DNA of 46,713 nucleotides. It comes from Hadesarchaea archaeon (GTDB lineage: Archaea > Hadarchaeota > Hadarchaeia > Hadarchaeales > Hadarchaeaceae). The stretch is taken from contig JAOUPD010000001.1 in assembly GCA_029880065.1 (NCBI GenBank), forward strand, positions 1-46,713. The letters run 5' to 3'. Position numbers and translations under genes: made by a program. Under the pieces are notes generated by a model. It saw nothing but the letters and a program-made list of their open reading frames with translations, had not been told where the DNA came from and did not search any database. The stretch's first letter is position 1. Every line of letters starts with the position of its first letter. Shown in pieces: positions 41,417 to 46,713 of this stretch.

Positions 41417-42307
41417 CTACCGACGAAATCCCAGCAACTTCTCGGGATTGATTTTGACCATTTTTACAATATCATCTTCTGCTACCGAATACTGATTTAC
41501 CAGTATATCGACAAATCGGCGGATGCCTTCGACCGGACTGCCATTATTCTTCTGGCCATAATCGGAATCAATAACCAGATGGTCAATATCGACTTCCTTG
41601 ATGACCTTGACCGCATCTTCTATGGGAACGACTCCGAAACTGGACTCCGGCACAAATACCGTCGCATTCAGTTCGATGTAGGCTCCCATCGCGGCCCATT
41701 TCTTAATATCAGAAAGGGTGGCGCCAATCATATACAAGGGATGATTGACCAGTATTCTTTTCACTCTGATTTCGGAGGCGGAGGCGATGAGTGCATCCAC
41801 TTCACGTAAACTGCCATGTCCCGTACCTAGAATCATGTCTGTGTCGGACATGTAATTGAGAATCTCAATAACCTTTTCGTCCAATTCTCCGCGCCTGTTC
41901 ACATAGACCAGCGGTTTTTCCTCCAGCTTTATGCCGTGAGAGCCGGGGAATTTCAGGCCTTGCTTGTGACTCATGATATGATTTTTTGAGGATACTGTCG
42001 GCATCCAGATGAACTTCGCTCCCATGGCGCATGCCGCGTCTACCGCACTGATATTCAGCCCGCCCACACTGTTGTTGAGCGCTATTCCGCCATAGACTTT
42101 CACCTCGCCATTGCCGATATGTTTCTGGACGAGATATGCGCTCATTATGGTCGGGAAATAATGGTCTTTGATGACAAATGCTTGGTAACCCGCCTTGCTG
42201 GCTTCGCGCAACATCTCCGCGGTATCTAGTTCCCTGGGCATAACGGAAGGGCCCGCGTGCACATGCAAATCGATTGCACCCTTTAATAGTCTGGACACAT
42301 CTATCAC
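41417..42307 (-). CDS. Amidohydrolase-fold protein (DUF6282-like)
   Basis: AIDLHVHAGPSVMPRELDTAEMLREASKAGYQAFVIKDHYFPT N-terminus (metal-binding HxH) matches my recollection of the DUF6282/amidohydrolase-related family. GTG start. Confidence 0.55.
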   Translation of the reverse strand: MIDVSRLLKGAIDLHVHAGPSVMPRELDTAEMLREASKAGYQAFVIKDHYFPTIMSAYLVQKHIGNGEVKVYGGIALNNSVGGLNISAVDAACAMGAKFIWMPTVSSKNHIMSHKQGLKFPGSHGIKLEEKPLVYVNRRGELDEKVIEILNYMSDTDMILGTGHGSLREVDALIASASEIRVKRILVNHPLYMIGATLSDIKKWAAMGAYIELNATVFVPESSFGVVPIEDAVKVIKEVDIDHLVIDSDYGQKNNGSPVEGIRRFVDILVNQYSVAEDDIVKMVKINPEKLLGFRR

Positions 42308-42492
42308 TTCTTTATGAACATTTATTATTCTTGCGTAATAGCTCCCGGTGCGGTACAGATGTTCTTACATAGTCCACATCCAGTGCATGTCTCTAAGAAC
42401 CGGACTGGCATTCAAGATTATTGTTAGTAAACCTTCGGCATCGTTGAATCATGGTGGTGGGGTCGCCGAGATTTGAACTCGAGTCACTGGCT

Positions 42493-42512
42493 TTTTTGCG
42501 CTGGTCTGACGC
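42493..42512 (-). other. Predicted tRNA intron 2 (20 nt, canonical 37/38 position)
   Basis: RNA sense GCGUCAGACCAGCGCAAAAA. hBHBh' motif: anticodon stem, 4-bp helix UUUG/CAAA (formed only after intron 1 removal), bulges GGG and AAA, inner helix CGU/GCG. Confidence 0.55.
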
Positions 42513-42516
42513 CCCA

Positions 42517-42543
42517 TTTGGCAGGACCGCTTAAACAATCCTT
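42517..42543 (-). other. Predicted tRNA intron 1 (27 nt, between positions 33 and 34)
   Basis: RNA sense AAGGAUUGUUUAAGCGGUCCUGCCAAA. BHB motif: 4-bp helix UGGC/GCCA, 3-nt bulges UUA and AAU, 7-bp inner helix AGGAUUG/CGGUCCU. Confidence 0.55.
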
Positions 42544-42609
42544 AAGCCAGCAGGATAGACCAGGCTACCCCACGACCCCAAACAGAACTCGATTTTGGAA
42601 AGATAAGCG

Positions 42610-42921
42610 TTATGGGGATTTCTCAATTCTGACTAAATTTCCTTCATTGCTCGTAGGCCTGAACCCGTGACGCTCGTACCAGGGGACACGTGCCTCGAAG
42701 ACGCTCGCCACGATTAGCGTACCCTCGAAGTCGGCCAGTATTTGCTTGAGCAATCCTGTCCCTATACCCCGTCCTCGATAGCTCGAACTAACGTTGATGT
42801 CCTGCAAGTAGACCTGCCTGCCATGCTTCCGGACGACCGCGCTCGCCATCACTGAGCACTGGTAGTCGTCCCAGCACTCGTACTTGCACGCGTCCTCCTG
42901 TTCAAAGCGTTTGATTTGCAT
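42610..42921 (-). CDS. Small GNAT-family N-acetyltransferase
   Basis: 103 aa with acetyl-CoA motif A (VSSSYRGRGIGTGLLKQIL) and a C-terminal YERHGF motif. Short for a GNAT. Confidence 0.6.
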   Translation of the reverse strand: MQIKRFEQEDACKYECWDDYQCSVMASAVVRKHGRQVYLQDINVSSSYRGRGIGTGLLKQILADFEGTLIVASVFEARVPWYERHGFRPTSNEGNLVRIEKSP

Positions 42922-42964
42922 AATATTCGGTGCACTTGGGCGCCGAGATATAAAAAGGTTGAGG

Positions 42965-43432
42965 TTACGCTTTCACTTGCCGCTTTTCCGTTGCGCTCTG
43001 CCCAGGCGACTCCTCGACCCAGACGGTTATCCGACGCACATTCGGGTAGGGCAAATTCCTCACCATCTCATCAGCAACAACTCGTGCAAGCTCCTCCACG
43101 GTGGTGTTAACGACGGGAAGCCAGACGACATCCTCACTGGGGAACTCGAACTCACGGCCGTGCACAGAAATGCGAGTACTTTCTCCCTCCAAAAGGCGTT
43201 TGAGAGAGCTGTTGTTCTCGGGTAGCAGCAAACGATGATCGTAACTGTCACACAAACTTTTTAAAAAACTCTCGAGGTCGAAAAAATCCACGACGAGACC
43301 CCGCTCGTCCGGTTCGCCCTCGACGGTCACTCCAACGCGCCAGTTGTGCCCATGCAGGTGTTCACATTTCTTGTGCCCTATGATAAAGTGTGAGGCCGAG
43401 AAACCCAAACCCTTCGTGAACTCGATCAGCAT
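42965..43432 (-). CDS. queD: 6-carboxy-5,6,7,8-tetrahydropterin synthase (QueD / PTPS family)
   Basis: FSASHFIIGHKKCEHLHGHNWRV (Cys plus the His triad of the PTPS fold). 155 aa. ATG overlaps the queE stop by 1 nt. Confidence 0.8.
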   Translation of the reverse strand: MLIEFTKGLGFSASHFIIGHKKCEHLHGHNWRVGVTVEGEPDERGLVVDFFDLESFLKSLCDSYDHRLLLPENNSSLKRLLEGESTRISVHGREFEFPSEDVVWLPVVNTTVEELARVVADEMVRNLPYPNVRRITVWVEESPGQSATEKRQVKA

Positions 43433-44202
43433 CAGAGCACCTTCATAAGTTTGTGCATTTGGGGTATTATCGCTATATGCTTAACCCCCGCGCGGGCGGC
43501 GGCTTGAGCGAGGCGGTACACATGTGTCATCGATGGGGCGCTGCGAACCTTTCGCGCAGGCGTCACCGGCTGGATGACTAGGGGTATCCGGGCGACCCTC
43601 GTTAGGTGTTTGCACACGTGCGTAATGGTTTTTGGTTGGGTAGACGGGAGCACCACTATTTTCACAAAAGTTTCCACCCCTCTCCCGAGTGCGAGCTTAA
43701 CGCAAGCCAACTCATTCTCAAACAAACGACGCCAGCTTCTGCGCGGTACGGCTCGGTGCTCGGGGAGCTTGATATCGATTGCGGCGAAGTCGAGGTAGCA
43801 GATAACTTTCGCCATCGCCTCACTGCTCTCGCCGCTCGTCTCTAGATAGGTGGCGAAACCAGCTCGTCTGCACGCGCGTGCGACATCGACAAGAAAATTC
43901 CCCGCCAGAAGTGGTTCCCCACCGGTCAGCGAGATGCTGTGGATATCTGGGGTTGTCAAACGCTTGATATGCCGAAGCACCTCTTCGTGGGTCATCGGGT
44001 TCCTCACGCGTTTGAATTTCATTGAGCTGGGTTTAGTTTCAACTTCGCACGTTTGGAGACGAAAATTTCTGAACTCCTCGGTGTCACAAAAATTACAGTT
44101 TAGTGAACAGCCCGCCAGCCTCACGAAGACCTGCCGCCTGCCAACATAGAGTCCCTCTCCCTGAATCGAGTTGAATATCTGTCCAACGTACCCTTCGCCC
44201 AT
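43432..44202 (-). CDS. queE: 7-carboxy-7-deazaguanine synthase QueE (radical SAM)
   Basis: IFNSIQGEGLYVGRRQVFVRLAGCSLNCNFCDT (CX3CX2C) and SLTGGEPLL. Confidence 0.8.
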   Translation of the reverse strand: MGEGYVGQIFNSIQGEGLYVGRRQVFVRLAGCSLNCNFCDTEEFRNFRLQTCEVETKPSSMKFKRVRNPMTHEEVLRHIKRLTTPDIHSISLTGGEPLLAGNFLVDVARACRRAGFATYLETSGESSEAMAKVICYLDFAAIDIKLPEHRAVPRRSWRRLFENELACVKLALGRGVETFVKIVVLPSTQPKTITHVCKHLTRVARIPLVIQPVTPARKVRSAPSMTHVYRLAQAAARAGVKHIAIIPQMHKLMKVL

Positions 44203-44241
44203 CTTATGCCCCCAACACTACTAGTGCAACAAAACTTAAGG

Positions 44242-44317
44242 TGGAGCCGCCGGTGGGTCACGATCCCACGACCTATCGCTTACAAGGCGATTGCTCTGCC
44301 AACTGAGCTACGGCGGC
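44242..44317 (-). tRNA. tRNA-Thr(UGU), CCA encoded
   Basis: GCCGCCG-TA-GCTC-AGTTGGCA-GAGC-A-ATCGC-CTTGTAA-GCGAT-AGGTC-GTGGG-ATCGTGA-CCCAC-CGGCGGC-T-CCA. A perfect cloverleaf with U73. The T-loop is atypical (A54, U58). Confidence 0.9.
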
Positions 44318-44648
44318 TTCATTATTTTGTGTTCTTTTCCCATCTTTAAACAATCTATGATTCCGTGGGCCATTTCACCAAGCACCCCAACTCTCACCCA
44401 CAAAATGATAGCGACCATATCCGCGTAAATAGCTCTGTTTCTAACTCGCACTTTGTATTTTGGATGGTAGAATATTCAATGCCGTAAACTTTCTTTAAGG
44501 CCGAATTCTCCCTTAGGATTAAATCTGTAAACATCTCCAAGCCGACGATTTGATTTTACCTAGATCTAGAATCTTTAGAGATGATGTAAATCCCATGCTT
44601 AAACAAACAATCTATACAACTAACGCAGTAGATTATGAGTTCATTGCC

Positions 44649-45425
44649 TCACTTTTCTACTTTTTTGGCCCTGCGCTTTCGACGAGGAGCGATGCGCTTG
44701 CGAGCCCTCAGGTGGGATAAGACCGCCTGCGCGAGCTTTCGGTACTCAATCGCCGCCGGAGATTTTGGAGCGTGAAGGACGACAGGAATTCCTCGGGTCA
44801 CTCCCTCTTCTACCATGTCGTCCTCCGGAACCACCGTCATAGTGGGCCAGCCCAATGTCCGCTTGATATCCGAGGTCGGAATCTCGAAGCGCTTCCCCGT
44901 GACCCGGTTCAGAACCACCCCAAACACCGGAATCTTGAGGCGGTCGGCGGCTCGGAAGGTCTGGAGCGTCCCCGCGATCGCCGGCACCCTGGGCTGGCAT
45001 ACAACCAGAAGTTCGTCGCACGTCTTCATTGCCGCAAAGACCTCAAGGCCGAAACCAGGGGCCGAGTCGAGTATTATTATATCGTATTTTTTTGTAAGCT
45101 CATCTAAGATATCGCGGAGGTCGATTGAGCCTAGCTCGCTCGTGAATGCAACAGAGCCCGGGATGATGTGGAATCCGTAGTCGTTGGCCATGATTGCCTC
45201 ACTTATCTTGATCTTACCAAAGACGACATCCTGAATTACCACTGGCGGGTCGAGGATGCCAAGGTGCAGACCCAAGTTTGAGGCAGTCATGTTGGTTTCG
45301 ACGATGATGACGCGGTTCTTGAGCTTCTGAGCCAGCGCCGCACCTAGGTTGACCACAGTCGTTGTTTTACCAACACCACCTTTGGCCGAGAAAACTCCTA
45401 AGATTAGACCTCGCTTCAACCTCAT
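44649..45425 (-). CDS. minD: MinD/ParA-family P-loop ATPase with polybasic C-terminal tail
   Basis: Deviant Walker A GVFSAKGGVGKTTTVVNLG, Walker B IIILDSAPG. C-terminus LRARKRIAPRRKRRAKKVEK. Confidence 0.85.
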   Translation of the reverse strand: MRLKRGLILGVFSAKGGVGKTTTVVNLGAALAQKLKNRVIIVETNMTASNLGLHLGILDPPVVIQDVVFGKIKISEAIMANDYGFHIIPGSVAFTSELGSIDLRDILDELTKKYDIIILDSAPGFGLEVFAAMKTCDELLVVCQPRVPAIAGTLQTFRAADRLKIPVFGVVLNRVTGKRFEIPTSDIKRTLGWPTMTVVPEDDMVEEGVTRGIPVVLHAPKSPAAIEYRKLAQAVLSHLRARKRIAPRRKRRAKKVEK

Positions 45426-45446
45426 TCAGACACCACTCTAACCATT

Positions 45447-45519
45447 GGAATTGGGGTTTTTCCACGTGGCCTCAGCTGAAAAACCTAACTTTTAGTGGTT
45501 TTTTTCAACCCCAATTTCC
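45447..45519. promoter_or_regulatory. Nested inverted repeats / palindromes in the minD upstream region
   Basis: GGAATTGGGGTT (45447..45458) pairs with AACCCCAATTTCC (45507..45519). Inner pair GGTTTTTC (45455..45462) and GAAAAACC (45478..45485). Palindromes CCACGTGG (45462..45469) and CAGCTG (45473..45478). Confidence 0.35.
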
Positions 45520-45656
45520 CATTTCAATTATGAGTGAAGACCTATTTAAATAAAGTTAGAAGTACTACTTTACGTGACAGAAGAACTCCATGAACCTAGA
45601 GTCGATGCCGAAAAACGTTTTAATTCCTTCTTTTGGGAGTCAATGAGGTTAGTTTT

Positions 45657-45821
45657 TCAACGAGGGGCTCGGCGCGTAGTTTTATCAGTAGCTTCAGCAT
45701 GTACATCTTCGTGAGTCTCATGTCGGATGTCGAAACCAAGTGCCTCCTCTATGAAACCGTCTGGAACCTCCCCGACCAGCTTAGTGACTTCTCTGAGACG
45801 GTCTGACATTCTCTTTCTCAT
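45657..45821 (-). CDS. Hypothetical small protein (54 aa), basic N-terminus and acidic/His-rich C-half
   Basis: ATG 45821 with AGGTGG 7 nt upstream. Translation MRKRMSDRLREVTKLVGEVPDGFIEEALGFDIRHETHEDVHAEATDKTTRRAPR. No family recognised. The track ORF to 45899 starts at TTG. Confidence 0.35.
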   Translation of the reverse strand: MRKRMSDRLREVTKLVGEVPDGFIEEALGFDIRHETHEDVHAEATDKTTRRAPR

Positions 45822-45995
45822 CGCAAGCCACCTATTTTCCGGTTGGCTAGTCTGAACAGGTGGTAGATGGCACCGATAATCAAAAATAAGCCAGCCCAAA
45901 CTTGTCCGAGTTGGCTTAATTTGTGCAAGGTTAGTACCGAGAGGGAGAACACGCTTCCGATTGAGCTCACCAAGAGTTCAATCGTGCTCATTGCC

Positions 45996-46713
45996 CTACA
46001 GCCCCCTACGCTTCTTTTTCTTGAACACTTCCCGCTTCAGGCGCTTGAGCGAGATCCCGGGCTTCGATGGCCGGGGGCCGCGCTTCAGGCTTTTGAGAAT
46101 CTCAGAAGGCGCCATTATCTTCGGCACGACCCTCCCAGGTCCAACCGCGGGCGGGCGAGTGACGACTGGTATAGGCTTAAATGGACCGGTGGGCAAATCT
46201 GGGGCCAAGGTTATCGGAGCGGGCATCATGCGCTTGAGAGATATCGCTGGCTTGATACGCCAAAGTACTTTCAGGCGCGCTAGGTTTACTGCAGGTCTCG
46301 CGGGTACCACTCGCTTCAGGGATTTAAGCGACACGAACGGCTTTATGCGCCACGTCAGGGCGCGGTATAACACGAGGCCGCTTATGCTAACTGAGAATAT
46401 CGCCAGCAGCACGAAGAAAATCGGTAGCACAGGGGTTGGTGTGGGCATTATTAGTGAGGTTGGTGGAACGACCACTGGTGGAATAGGCACAGGCGGCGCA
46501 ACGGTCTCAAGGATGATCGAGTCGCTTGTAACCGTCGAAAACAACCCTGCTTTATCCTTAACCTGGACGTAGACAGTTTTGAGGCCGTCACCCGTTGGAA
46601 GGGTGTAAGATTTACTCGCGACGAAATTCTTCCAGTCAGACCACTCGAAGTTATTCAAGCTGAACCGCATCTCAGCCAAACCAGAGATCGCATCCGATGC
46701 ATCGATGTTAATA
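45996..46713 (-). CDS. Surface protein C-terminal part (5' end outside window): extracellular beta-domain, P/T linker, one TM helix, 122-aa repeat-bearing basic cytoplasmic tail
   Basis: The frame is open to the window end (...INIDASDAISGLAEMRFSLNNFEWSDWKNF...GDGLKTVYVQVKDKAGL, a motif common in archaeal/bacterial surface proteins). TM VLPIFFVLLAIFSVSISGLVLY. The tail carries 4 SLK-type repeats and ends KKKKRRGL. Confidence 0.7.
   Translation of the reverse strand, partial: INIDASDAISGLAEMRFSLNNFEWSDWKNFVASKSYTLPTGDGLKTVYVQVKDKAGLFSTVTSDSIILETVAPPVPIPPVVVPPTSLIMPTPTPVLPIFFVLLAIFSVSISGLVLYRALTWRIKPFVSLKSLKRVVPARPAVNLARLKVLWRIKPAISLKRMMPAPITLAPDLPTGPFKPIPVVTRPPAVGPGRVVPKIMAPSEILKSLKRGPRPSKPGISLKRLKREVFKKKKRRGL

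Larger units (their letters stand above)
40259..42453. mobile_element. Possible integrated islet / remnant bounded by tRNA-Pro 3'-end direct repeats (no integrase)
   Basis: The 2.2-kb segment between the two 26-bp repeat copies carries three co-oriented accessory metabolic genes. It looks more A/T-rich at codon third positions than the adjacent eno operon (by eye). Confidence 0.35.
42455..42579 (-). tRNA. tRNA-Pro(UGG), 125-nt gene with two predicted introns; CCA encoded
   Basis: Acceptor GGGGTCG/CGACCCC with A73 and CCA. D-arm GGGT-AGCCTGGTCTA-TCCT. Anticodon stem CTGGC/GCCAG. T-arm TCGAG-TTCAAAT-CTCGG. Removing 42517..42543 and 42493..42512 gives the loop UUUGGGA. Folded by hand. Confidence 0.75.

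Noticed and set aside
42455-42579. Alternative reading of the intron-containing tRNA as tRNA-Leu(UAA) (stem GCUGG/CCAGC, one 35-nt intron, 17-nt variable arm), or as Leu(AAG) with one 47-nt canonical intron.
   Set aside because: The putative variable arm GCAAAAAAGCCAGUGAC cannot form a stem. The D-arm and acceptor are Pro-like, not Leu-like. A34 is not expected in archaeal tRNA-Leu. Neither model yields a bulge-helix-bulge motif, whereas the two-intron Pro(UGG) model yields two.
44318-44648. 331-bp ORF-poor spacer between tRNA-Thr and minD with an 11-nt direct repeat aaacaatctat (about 44350 and about 44606). Considered as att-like repeats or a hidden element.
   Set aside because: The repeat is short and A/T-rich, so it is plausibly chance. 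It does not include tRNA sequence. Only spurious ORFs of 34 aa or fewer are present. I see no structural RNA signature by eye.

Overview
This is a dense archaeal chromosomal segment of about 58 protein genes and 2 tRNAs, dominated by information-processing and core metabolic genes. All calls come from reading the translations and the DNA. No database search was run, so family names are motif or architecture recognition from memory.

**Content.**
- Ribosomal proteins: S3Ae, L15e, S27ae, S24e, S6e, L24e, S28e, L7Ae, S2.
- Translation factors and synthetases: aIF2-gamma, aIF5B, SerRS, GluRS.
- Transcription: Rpo7/RpoE', Spt4, TBP.
- KEOPS: Kae1 and a Pcc1-like gene.
- A UDP-GlcNAc pair (GlmM/GlmU-like).
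- A membrane pyrophosphatase and a PiT/PhoU-like phosphate pair.
- The conserved eno-rps2-MEMO-IPK-IDI2-RNaseJ-GGPPS operon.
- queD/queE.
- A single-OB SSB with an RGG tail.

The eukaryote-like ribosomal and transcription genes, the SSB type and a multi-intron tRNA with a relaxed splice motif suggest a TACK/Thermoproteota-like archaeon (inference only).

I found no CRISPR array, integrase, transposase or recognisable defence system.

**Most interesting observations.**
1. A tRNA-Pro(UGG) gene appears to be interrupted by two introns flanking a 4-nt anticodon micro-exon, with nested bulge-helix-bulge motifs.
2. A 26-bp exact duplicate of that tRNA's 3' end lies 2.2 kb away. It brackets a three-gene metabolic islet with no integrase (att-like scar).
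3. The tail of a membrane-anchored surface protein carries four basic SLK(R/S)LKR-type repeats, next to a MinD/ParA-like ATPase.
4. A 434-aa coiled-coil protein has a MinD-MTS-like N-terminal amphipathic peptide.
5. A zinc-ribbon protein carries a CFIATA-motif module, in a low-GC patch with SppA.

Several track ORFs are over-extended (enolase, NDK, Pcc1-like, TRAM), and one real gene (S27ae) is missing from the track.
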